Positions 13,941-24,900 of a DNA stretch of 64,000 nucleotides are shown one piece after another; within the stretch, counting starts at the first letter, position 1; each line of letters begins with the position of its first letter. The stretch comes from Laetmonice hystrix (Eukaryota): NCBI GenBank assembly GCA_965235115.1, contig OZ249445.1:5580001-5644000 (forward strand), in the 5' to 3' direction. The notes beneath the pieces are model-generated. The model made no database searches and had not been told where the DNA came from. It saw only the letters and a list, made by a program, of their open reading frames with translations. A program made the position numbers and the translations under genes.

Positions 13941-15646
13941 GTTTGCTTTGTTATTGACTATGCCAGTTTCTCTTGTGTTCACAACCCCTCACCATGAACT
14001 CTCCTATTGTCTGTCCAGGTCGGTACAAGTTCTACGACAAGGTGGGAGTTCTCCGTGATGTTGTTCAGAACCACCTGATGGAACTGACGGCTTTGGTTGC
14101 CATGGACCTCCCGCACAACTCGGGAAATATCTCCGAGATTCTCGCCAAGAAACTGGAGTTGCTCCGCCAGGTGGCGCCCCTGGGCCCAGAGAGCACGCTG
14201 GTTGGTCAGTACGCAGGATACACGGATGGTCTCCAGCAGGAGTTGGAGGACCTCGACCGCTCCAGTAACACTCCAACATTCTCAGCCTCTGTGTTGTATA
14301 TCAACAATGCGCGCTGGAGAAACGTCCCCTTCATCTTGGTGAGTGGCAAGAAACTGGATGAAAAATCGAGTTACGTCCGCCTTGTATTCAAGGACAGTTT
14401 GTTTTGTATGGATAAACTCGGCAAAGAATGTCACAAACAGAAGCAGATTGTGTTTGACATCAGTAACGATGATTTATACCGACCCTCGCTAATCCTGACG
14501 TCGCCCAGCCTCCCCCAGCCTGGAGATTACCAGGGCTGGCAGAGAGAAGATCTCCGCCTGAACGTGTCTGTACACGGTGAGAACATGGCCCAGATGACAC
14601 AGCTCCTGGCCGTGTCCGAGCACGAGGCGTACGATGTGATCATCTCCGGGGTGGTGAGTGGAGAGAGACATCTGTTTACTCCCATGGATGGTCTCATGGC
14701 CGCCTGGAACCTGTGGACGCCCGTACTGGAGGACGCTGTACGCCGCCAACCACGGCTCTATCAGGGCAGGGACGTGGACCCCTCATGGCTGTCCTTCCAG
14801 GTGAAGGGTCGTACGCTGGAGTACGTCCACGCCGACCTGGATGAGGAGTTGACGGCGGGGGCGGCCGGGGCTGTGCCAAGGGTGGCCCAGGTGCCAGGAG
14901 TCCTCCTGGGCCGGCCGCTGGTATCGGGCGATGTCCAGGAGGTTGTGTCCCGCCTGGCTGAGGATATGTACCGGGCCGCCCTGGAGGCGGTGGCTGAGAG
15001 GGGAGCCTTTCACGTGGCCTTCTCCGGGGGACACGGTCCGGGGGAGCTGTTCAAGCACCTCACTCAATCCTATCAAACCTTGTTTCCATGGCAACACACG
15101 CACGTCTGGCAGGTCGACGAACGGTGTGTGAACGCCGACAGCGTCCATTCAAACTTCGGCGTCCTGGAGCGTGACCTGCTGGAGCACGTACACCTCGCGC
15201 ACTCCCACGTACACCCCATGCCGGTCCTCCTACAGGGCGAACCCTGCCAGCAGGAGGACGATGGTGCTGCCATCTATGAGTGGAGTATCCGGAGGGGTGT
15301 AGCAGGAGGGCGGCTGGATTTCACCCTGCTGGGGGTAGGTATGGATGGTCACACGGCCTCACTGTTTGCAGGCCAGCCCAGCCTCCACGAACGGGAGAGA
15401 CTGGTGGTGTATACCGACGGGGGACCTCCAACCACTGCCACCCGGAGAATAACTCTCACCTGGCCGGCCATCAACACCTCCAGGCGGGTCGGGGTCCTCG
15501 TCCTGGGCCGTGGGAAACACGACATCCTCTCCAAGGTCACCTCGGACAGTGGTCACACCCTGGACGAGTACCCCATCCTGGGCGTGGCGCCCTCCAACGG
15601 GACGCTCACGTTCTACGTGGACCATAACGCCCTGATCGGGGACTAG
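4464..15646 (+). CDS. H6PD: Hexose-6-phosphate dehydrogenase / GDH-6PGL endoplasmic bifunctional protein, 3 coding exons, 813 aa
   Basis: Exons 4464..5185, 5520..5611, 14019..15646 (GT-AG, phases 2/1, 2442 nt). N-terminal signal peptide, NADP-binding GATGDLA, G6PD active-site RVDHYLGK, RDVVQNHL, and a C-terminal 6-phosphogluconolactonase domain (FSGG, WQVDERCV, LLGVGMDGHTASLF). Acceptor at 4450 implies an upstream non-coding exon. Confidence 0.96.
7147..7195 (-). ncRNA. Minimal type I hammerhead ribozyme motif (Penelope-like element type)
   Basis: Minus strand reads CAGTTCCT-CTGATGA-GTCC-AAACTGAG-GGAC-GAAA-CGCGCG-TC-AGGCTG: both conserved cores, 4-bp stem II, palindromic stem III (ACGCGCGT), GUC cleavage triplet, stem I CCT/AGG. 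Confidence 0.75.
9065..9440. repeat. ~33-bp minisatellite, about 11 copies, in H6PD intron
   Basis: Unit approximately AGTAGTATATGGAAAGAGGC(C/T)AAAGT(C/T)ACA(C/G)TA; explains spurious ORFs 8983-9490. Confidence 0.9.
13398..13427 (+). repeat. (GGGGGT)5 tract, potential G-quadruplex
   Basis: Five G5 runs separated by single T on the H6PD sense strand, in the intron. Confidence 0.8.
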
Positions 15647-15860
15647 CGCGACGTGATCTAACTACAGCGAACCAGGGGTTCATGGGAAGCTTATGTCAGG
15701 GTCATGCCATCATTCCAGTGATGTCCGGGCATGTGTCATTCCAGGGCCATGCTCTGAGCTGTTTCATTCTAGGACCATGTCCCATTGTCAACCATTCCAG
15801 CATTTTGCCGCAGTGTGTATTATTCTGCAATCAGTCATATAAACTGTGAATCTTTTGTAA

Positions 15861-15866
15861 AATAAA
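15861..15866 (+). terminator. Probable H6PD polyadenylation signal
   Basis: AATAAA ~215 nt after the H6PD stop, followed by a T/GT-rich stretch. Confidence 0.6.
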
Positions 15867-18664
15867 ATCGCGTTTTCATTAAGATGTTGAGTGTGAATTT
15901 TATTTTTATATCAGTGGTGCACACACAATGTGGGATTATAGTGAAGGTAAAAACTGACAATAAATTCTATAGATACTGCGACCTGTGCAATGTTTCAGTC
16001 ATTGCCCCCTTGCATGTCTTGGTACGGTCAGGGGGAGCCAAACAAAAGCCAGAACAATAGAACTTCTAACAATGACGTGGACATGGTACTAACACCCTAA
16101 TTTGCATATTAATTAATCCCCCCCCCCCCCCCCCGCAGGATGGGCAATCCTACAAGGTGGACATTTTGCTCGAGAGGGTCGCTGATCTCGCTTGGAACTT
16201 TGCTGTGTGGTTTTCATGATTACTGTTTTATTTACACTTATTTAAAACATTAAAACAAAAACTACTTCAGTGCTTTCGATTTCAAGGGGACTTTGTTTAT
16301 ATCTTAGAAAAATACAGTGAGCAAGACACATCCTTGCGGGCCCAACAACTGTCCTGTAGTGTGCACGTGTCAGTCTTTAATGGGGAATCGGGAAAAATAG
16401 CAACTGTCGCGTCATAGCAAGTCGTGTAGTGTGCACCGGGCATAACTCTATTTTCGCTGTGAAGATGGCCTTAGATGCCGACACGGCGTAAACCACCATT
16501 ACCACACATACTTCCTACACCAGCATTAGGAATAGATAACAAATCATTTATATCGTGAAGTTGGTGTCACCTGTCAAATGGAAATCGTACTGGGAATCGT
16601 CCCGGGTAGATCATTGAGCCCCTTTACGAATCACTGGCACCGTTTGGCCTGTCAGTGTATGAACAGAACTCGCGCCGGGTAGATCATAGAGATCCCTCGC
16701 TCGAGCCGATGTCCCATCTAATACCTACGTCTATGATAATGCATTGAAGACCTTTCGAAAGCCTTGACGGCTGTGGGCCATGCAAGGAACTTTTTTTTTA
16801 TTCAAACAATGTATGTATTTTAAGATATTGTCAAGGGAAAAGGCCTACTACAAAGTTCAGGCAATGGGGGGGGGGGGGGGGCGTGAGCCGTTCTAGCGGG
16901 TGGGGCCCTCCCCTGGGAAAAAAATAATTTGGAAGGCAAAAAACGCTATTTCCCGGCATTTGGAGATTAATTTTCTGATGGACATTAAAAGCTGGGCCAC
17001 TTTTGATGGGTCACCTTTTCTGGGGTTTCACAGTGAGAGGGGGAGCTACCCCCTGCCCACCCCCCTAGCTACGGCCCTGTCAAGACAAAGATTTGTTGCA
17101 AGAATTTTAATTTCTTTATTAAAGAATTAAAATAAAACTTTTAATTTACTAGTATGGTCGGGTTACTGTGATTGGAATCAGGTCGCGGTTCCTAGAACGT
17201 TAAAAAAGGGGGCTCAAGGGGGGGGGGGGGTAGGTATTAGATGCGACACCGGCCCATATGTACACGCCTCGAGTGGAGAGAAAAGAAGCGACCGCCTCCA
17301 TTGTGGATCTCATCATGATCAGTAAACGGTTATTTTTGTACGGCCGTCATTTTCTGTATTTGAGTCTTCACCTTAGAATGATGAAAGCGTGGATAATGGA
17401 ATCGACTATATGCTTGTTACTTCTAAAATACTTCCAACCTTTTTATCTTGACTTTGTAGAACATGATGCATCTAATATTTTATATGCGATTAGCTATAAC
17501 GTGATTATATACCATCTTTGTGTTTTTCAGCAACATCGAAAGAATGGGCTGCAACAATGATTCCTTAATTACAAGATGAAAGAAAACGTTAGACATCATC
17601 GGAGAAGAAAGTTTTTATTCCACTCTTTGATTTACGACCTAGGTAAGGTTTGTTAACACTAAGTATATATACACTGAAGGGAACGGGATTGCCCATAGCA
17701 GGATCCCTGGCATATTATCAGAATACTTTATGAAGTAAAGTGAATCTTGAGAAAAACTGTTAAATCGGAGAATGCCAACCGCCAGAGGTGAAGGCAGTGA
17801 AATATTGACACCCTGCACACTAACTGATCACAGCATGTCGATCCATCATGTACATTGGTGTCGCTATAACATGTTCTATATCTGTCATGTTCATTAGAGT
17901 GACTCGAACATCATGTAACTTTGCACCTAGAGCAAACATTTGAAGCATCTCCATCTACTTTTCCCCCTCTTTCTCTTTGATTGCATTTTCCCCCCATTTT
18001 CCTCTCTGATCTTCCCATATTAGAGGTAGGTAGACCTCTACCTTCGCCCAAGTTGCCATGTTCGCTTTTCCATAAGTCATTTTCCCGTTTTCCCATTTTG
18101 ACCCTGGTTATTATGATATATGTTATTAGTGTTCCGAAAGTACCTTTTTTGGCTCCCGTCGCTGAGACGGTGTGTGGATCTCCCGTGTACAAATCGATGG
18201 TGTAGCTACCTACTGTCTGTTGTATAATTGGCCGAGAGGCTTATTTTCATTGTGTGCTTGTATTTTACCTACATATACAGGAAAGCAGTTTTTACTATCC
18301 ATCAAGACAAATTGTTGTTAGGAGTTGCGGTAAATTAGACAGTGAACTTTGTCGCGTGCCGTCGGGGCGGTTTTCTTCTTGTCTGTAGGAGCCTTCATTA
18401 TCGAGAATCTCTATCGTAGAGGTGGTAACCTTTTCAATTGTTTCATCGGATTCCGACTTCAAGCCAGATAGCTGTGTTAGAATTTTCTAGTTGGATCCAG
18501 TAGTGAGATATACGCATCCCTTTGTTCATGGCCGCTACTGTCACAGAACTACGCCCAGCCTACGCCTGTTATCATAGAACTACGCCCAGCCTACGCCTGT
18601 TGTTTTAAAACTATATAATCGTACGGCGAACTTTGGACGGAGACAGTCGGGGGCGCGGTCATTC

Positions 18665-19038
18665 TGTCGGGCCGTGGGTGTGTCGGGCAGTGGGTGTGTC
18701 GGGCCGTGGGTGTGTCGGGCCGTGGGTGTGTCGGGCCGTGGGTGTGTCGGGCCGTGGGTGTGTCGGGCAGTGGGTGTGTCGGCCCGAGTTTATCCATACA
18801 AAACAAACTGTCCTTGAATACAAGGCGGACGTAACTCGATTTTTCATCCAGTTTCTTGCCACTCACCAAGATGAAGGGGACGTTTCTCCAGCGCGCATTG
18901 TTGATATACAACACAGAGTCTGTCGGTCTGCCGGGCAGTCGGTCTGCCGGACAGTCGGTCTGCCGGGCAGTCGGTCTGCCGGACAGTCGGTCTGCCGGAC
19001 AGTGAGTCTGCCGGACAGTGAGTCTGCCGGGCTGTGGG
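18665..19038. repeat. 16-bp minisatellite split into two diverged half-arrays by an H6PD fragment
   Basis: Left (18665-18783) unit GTGGGTGTGTCGGGC(C/A); right (18919-19038) unit GTCGGTCTGCCGG(G/A)CA; the two consensus units differ at 3 of 16 positions; about 7 copies each. Confidence 0.85.
18784..18918 (-). pseudogene. Inverted 135-bp exact copy of H6PD last-exon coding sequence (14287..14421)
   Basis: Base-by-base comparison shows identity with the reverse complement of 14287-14421 (VLYINNARWRNVPFILVSGKKLDEKSSYVRLVFKDSLFCMDKLG); no start codon or splice sites. Confidence 0.92.
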
Positions 19039-19098
19039 TCGTTCGCACCGTCTGTATAGGGATTAAGATTGTGACGTCCATGAGTTAATGGAGATCAG

Positions 19099-19267
19099 GG
19101 GTGCGTTTCTGTAAGGAAAGATATCTTTGCGCAAAGAGTCTTTCAAAAGAGTCTTTTCGAAACCAGTGTTAAAGAATAGAGTGTTATAGAAACACCACGT
19201 CGCCGCAAAGACTATTTGGGTTCACCGAGGGTCTCAAAGAGTCTTTGAGCTTTATAGAAACGCACCC
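19099..19267. mobile_element. PIF/Harbinger-type MITE, 169 bp
   Basis: TIR GGGTGCGTTTCT(G/A)TAA, 3-bp target duplication CAG (19096-19098, 19268-19270). Confidence 0.7.
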
Positions 19268-20869
19268 CAGGATTCTAACCTTATGCGACCCTGATGGGAG
19301 TGTATGGGGGAATGTGTAGTCTATCAATAAAATCATGAACTAACTGTAAACAAATAACAGAGCCACGGAAGCACGGAGGAAATTAGATCTGGATACAAAA
19401 TGTATCAGTAATACAATTATTATGTAAAAGATACATTTCTAAATACGATTGTCGGAACGTCTGAGAGCGTATTCCAAAAACTAATGAATCATACTACCAT
19501 CAAGGTGATGTAATGTAACGATTGCTGGCCTGACAAAGTGGCATGAGTTGTTAATCTTTAATTGCATTCATATTACTTTACATACGTAATGTTTGTTCAT
19601 TCATTTGTCCATCTTATCTCATTTAGAAACATGAGTCCGAAGTGAAAACCTTGATTGTATATTAACGGCCGAGTACGCACAGATAAGGGGACAGACCGCC
19701 ATGCAGTGTCCTCCCCCCCCCCCCTCTCTATACACCGAGCTAAGTGACAACCACCTAAAGGGACGTGGAGTCTCCCTCGACCCCGGGGTCATGATAGTTC
19801 AGAAATCATGCCATAAAATACGATTTCGCTTCAATCGGAGTGCTGGCAGGGTTCGTGGTAGACATTTTGTAGGCCGTAGATCAGGCGCCGAGGGGCTGCG
19901 GCCTCTCTGACCAAACAGTGGACGTCACTGTCCGTCGTCCTGAGTTAAAGGGCCCCCTGGCGGAGTGTGGTGGAACTAGAGACGTCTGGGAGGCCAAGGG
20001 TTTCGGTTGTCATGGTAGCATTCACACCGAATTGTAATAGAGGTATATTTTCAGGACATTTAGGTCGATATCAGCCGTCTGGAAGACAATTTAGCGACTT
20101 TTACTATTCCTTTTTACATATTACCCATGAAATACTTGTATAGAAAGATGGGCGAGCTGTGGAGGATATCTAAGAAGCGCAATTTAATGTAAAAGGCCAC
20201 GTCTATTTTAAAAAGTCGCGAGACCATGGCTTCAAAGTAACAAACTAATGATTGTGTACGCTACCGACGCCTTCAAAGTATTGCCAGGTGTTTGAAACTT
20301 AAGCTGAGCCGACACCCGTTCATTAGCCTTGTTTATACTTGTATTTCACCCACCAGAGGCCAGGCAGTGGTTCCTGGTGCGTTTCCGTCCAAGCAGGGAA
20401 ACTACCCCAGCATTAAACTATTAGTAAATCCTGAAAAAGTGTATGGTGTACACAATTCACATGTTCCCCTTTGAACCTGTCTCGAATATCCTTCACCTCA
20501 CTTTGCGCCGTCTTGGGTTGGCATTGATCATAGTGAGTGCTCTTTGCAGCCACTTGCCGTGAGTGGGTCGCCTTTGAAGGCGCACTCCTCCTCTTGGTGG
20601 CAAGTGAATGTGGCGCCTGTGCGTCACAAAGTTGGCTCCCGCGCATGCGTGTCCACTCAGAGCGAGGCTCTGGTGACGCTGAAGTTGTAAGTGGATCATG
20701 TCGCCATCTCAGGAGTACACGGCCTTGATCAATTTTTAAATTACAGGGGGCGTTCTTGGACTTTCGTAAAGAGTACCAAGTCAACGTACTTATTAAAAAG
20801 CAGATTTTAGAATATAGACCTAAGTATATCACCTAAATAAACTTTATTTAAATTCCATGTGTCATGTTT

Positions 20870-21056
20870 ATGAAGCAACGAGAGACATACAGAGACACAG
20901 AGAGAGGGAGGCAGAGAGATAGAGACATACAGAGAGAGACAGATAGACAGACAGACAGACAAACAGGGCGAGAAAAGGCCAGACAGACAGACATACAGGC
21001 AGAGACAGAGACAGAAAGAGAAAGAAACAGAGAAAGAGAGAGTTAAACAGAGAGAG
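20870..21056. repeat. Compound (AG)n/(AGAC)n microsatellite
   Basis: Directly visible; similar tracts at ~34470-34550 and ~39925-40075. Confidence 0.9.
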
Positions 21057-22976
21057 GCGGAGAGTTGGTGTTTTGTGCTATGGGTGTTGTGTTAATGCCT
21101 GGCCAGAGGCCGGTCAGTTTGTAAACGTGTAATGTGTGGCGATTAGCCTGACCTCAGCGCCAAGATCTACGCCGTATTAAATAAAACTCTTGAACCCATC
21201 TGGGTACACGTGTCGCCCACAATGTTGGGACTTATCGGGCTGTTAAAATATTTACTGATAATTTACAGCGATAGGTGGGGCCTTGAACGCAGTGAAGAAG
21301 TGGTCAGACGTGCAGTTGAGGAGAAGCGATTGTTGCCAGATCCAAGGGGAAATAAGTTAGACTGATCTTGAAATAAATAGGCCATTCTAATAGACATGTT
21401 GTTTTTCGTACACATGCGCGTGTCATCTAGAAATGTACCAGTAAAATGGGGGGGGGGGGATTTACAATTTTATAACATCGTGTTCTTATAAGGTGGGTCC
21501 GCTATATGTGTACCAAAAATAAATAAATAAAAAAAAATAAAAAAAAGAACGTCAAATGTAAAAAGCGACGTCCATGTGAACAATTTCGACGTCATATCTA
21601 ACAAATCTGTTCCGTCATTTGTAAATATTGACGGTGCAACAGTATACATTGCGTCTGACACTTCCTTAAAATGAGGAAAGGATACATTTTAATGACACCG
21701 TATTCATATAAGGCGAAGCGCAATAGATTACGTCTGACGTACACTTCCTTGAAATGACGAATGTTTACATTTTTATGACACATTGTTCATACATTGCATC
21801 TGACACCCTGTATTGAGAAGAAGGAGTTGTTTCCTCCCAGACCTCGTACCAGCCCCCCCCCCCCCCGGGTCGGCCTGGAAAATGTTATTGTGTCAGATGA
21901 TATTCGTCCCCTCACCGCCCGCCATGATCGCAACACCAATATCACGTGACAGGGCCCTATTTAGGACATATCACGTGATCCGAGCCGCCCTATCCCAGCT
22001 GCCCGCGTTACGCTCGAGGTGTCGCTCTCCCTCCCGTCAAGTTTGTCCTTCATGTGTCCTTCATTACGCTGCTGTCTCCTGCGGCGTCTTCACTTCCCGG
22101 CTGTTCCCACGGACTCCCCGCAGAGATTGTCATTAGAATTAGCTCTCCCGATATGTACCGGGAAGTGACAAATTTCCCTCTATAAGATCAGATCATGGCC
22201 TGCTCGGGTGACACAAGTGATCGAGAAGGCGGCAGAAAGTAGTCCCTAACCGAGTAAACAGCGGCTAGATCAGGAATATAGATAGACAGGCAGCGTGGGT
22301 ACATTTCCCACACTCCTAGAAACTCGAAGGAACTCTTTTTTGGGGGGCGGGGGGCAAATGATAAGTTAACATACATGTACAGATTATTGAAGAAAATTAG
22401 TTTTTCCAAAATAGAGAATTTCAGATATAGGCCTCTAAGATGCCTACCGCTACCGTCATCCTACCGCTTTAGGCCTATAACATGTTGGTCGTAAAGAGCT
22501 CTTGAGAATGTGATATTGGGTCGGAAAAACCCCGAGCCATGGAGGAGGTACGTGAAGTACAGAAACACAGGGGCACGATTGACTTGAGGTGACGATGTAA
22601 TTAAAGTGGGTGTGTGTGCCTGAGCTATAGCAATTGTATTATGTATTAACTCCGGCTTGTTTGCTAACCCGTCTTGGATCAGATTCCACTGTAATTACAG
22701 CATCACTGTCTTACGTACGTCGGCAGCCACCTAAAAGTAATCAGCGAGTATCTCTCATTTCAATGACTCCAAATTGCAGACATCGGTTGTTAGGTTAGAT
22801 AAGGACCTAGATAAGCTACTCGCTGATTGCTCGGGGCGTCATGAGATACGATGACTAATCTTTCCCGACGTTATTATGGATAATAGAACATAGATCATGT
22901 GATCTGGTTCTTCGAACATTCCGGCAGACGTTTCGTGGCCAGGGTGGCGAGTTTGTCGATGGTAGACAGGCAGGAA

Positions 22977-23244
22977 CAGGGCCCGTTTTTTTTGTTTACT
23001 TTTCCACCGTGAGCAAGGGTGAGCTGAGCTGAGCAAGGGTGAGCATGAACTCATTCTCAGCGTTTTCGTGCTTTTTGGGTTGCTTTTTTCCATGAGGCGT
23101 GCTCATGGTGAGCAAGCTCGCGGAAAAACACCCGAAAAAACGAAAACAGTGAGCAAAACGGTGAGGATGAGCTTCTGCTCACCCTTGCTCAGCTCAGCTC
23201 ACCCTTGCTGACGGTGGAAAAGTAAACAAAAAAAACGGGCTCTG
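22977..23244. mobile_element. Palindromic MITE-like element with hAT-like CAG...CTG ends
   Basis: Long near-perfect inverted arms starting CAG(G/A)GCCCGTTTTTTTTGTTTACTTTTCCACCGT and including repeated GAGCAAGGGTGAGC; no target duplication seen. Confidence 0.7.
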
Positions 23245-23739
23245 GTCCACCAAGTTCAAGGTCACTCCTTTCAAACGATCAGTTTCGTCGTGATGGGCGT
23301 GATGGCGGGGGGTTGTACCGTGTCGGCAAAACTTCAGCATTCCGGCATAATAATTATAACTCAAATTTCATTAGCTAACAATATAGGTACGCCTTATCAA
23401 AGAGACAGTTGTATTAAGCGGCTACAATGAAAGCAGGGCGCAATATCTTTTATGAGGGAACTTGAAATGTGACACTTCGCTGTTCCTCACACAACCTCTA
23501 GGTCACACAGTCCACCTTGAATGTATGGGTAGGCTTTCCGTCACTCAGTGCTTGCCGTAATAAAAACATAAAGAAAGAGAGAGAAAATAGACACAAAAGA
23601 CTCTCGTGTAACCTGAGACCGGTTGGTATATATGGAAGATAAAATCAATTTCTTTATGTTACATGTTGCTTTGTTGAGGGTTGTACCTTTAGAAGTGTCG
23701 CTTGGCGAGGTTTTCAGCCGTTTAATTATTGTACCCCTA

Positions 23740-23972
23740 TGTTAAAGTGTAGTTGCTATTTTATACTAAACTCTATGCAACTTTCATTTTAAATCTGTAC
23801 CTGTCATACAGTTACTCTAAGCCCCACCCTCATTGTTGATTGGCTAGACCAGTCCCGACCGTCACTTCACGGTCGGCTGGTCTAGCCAATCAACAATGAG
23901 GGCGGGGCTTAGGTGTAACTGGCTGACAGGTTGCAATGAGTTTAGTATAAAAATAGCAACTACACTTTAACA
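23740..23972. mobile_element. Foldback element / long hairpin
   Basis: Arms of ~100 bp (TGTTAAAGTGTAGTTGCTATTTT...) around a 6-nt loop CACTTC at 23863-23868; one ~20-nt insertion in the left arm. Confidence 0.8.
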
Positions 23973-24479
23973 CCTACCCCTCCCAGTGGGGGTATTATTC
24001 GGCACCCACGCCCAAAGTTAACTTCTATTTAGACTTTTGTCGTTCGTCTTTTTAATTGGGTCCTCGATGACTGAGTTGACCCCCGGGGGTAGGACCGAAT
24101 TACCTTGTGATGATATAGTACTGTGGTAGTCTATTCACAGACAGCCTGCTCTGTGTATCATTAACAACTTGGTGTTGAGACCGTATGCTATGTGAATGGT
24201 TGCAGTAATCCGGGGCCGGGGTCGACTTCAGTACGGTGCTGTAAATCTTTTACTTTCGGGACATTCTTAAAGTTACGATGGTATCCGTGCGCAGTGGAAA
24301 CAGAGTCCTTTATCTATAGTTGATAAAAAATAATTTCCTCTACTGGTGGACATGTAGAAAGATCATCAATCTGTACAGAAGGGTGTCCGTGATGTTGAAT
24401 ATAGATATTGGTATACGCGTCACGTTAAAGGGGCCTGAGTTCGTTGGCCAGGTGATGCCACTACTCATCACCTCCCATC

Positions 24480-24900
24480 TTACACCCCAAGCCCTCTCAA
24501 CACACCAGGCCTGTCAACACCCCAACCCGCTCAACACACCAGCCCTCTCAACCCGCTCAACCCACCCAACCTTCTCAACACCCCAACCCTCTCAACACAC
24601 CCAGCCATCTCAACACCTCTACCCGCTCAACACACCCAACCTTCTCAACACCCCAACCCTCTCAACACACCCAGCCATCTCAACACACACAACCTTCTCA
24701 ACACCCCAACCCTCTCAACACACCCAGCCATCTCAACACACCCAGCCATCTCAACACCCGAACCTTTTCAACACCCCAACCCTCTCAACACACCCAGCCA
24801 TCCCAACACAGGCCTCAACACCCCAGCCATCTCAACACACCAAACCCTCTCACCACCCGAACCCTCTCACCCCCAGGCCAAGCCCTCTCAACACCCTAAC
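24480..24900. repeat. Degenerate C/A-rich minisatellite
   Basis: Repeats of CTCAACAC(A)CCC(C)A(A/G)CC; explains ORF 24320-24946. Confidence 0.85.

Noticed and set aside
20413-20832. 139-aa minus-strand ORF and exon-like segment at 25410-25620
   Set aside because: No recognisable domain or codon pattern, and no phase-compatible neighbouring exons.
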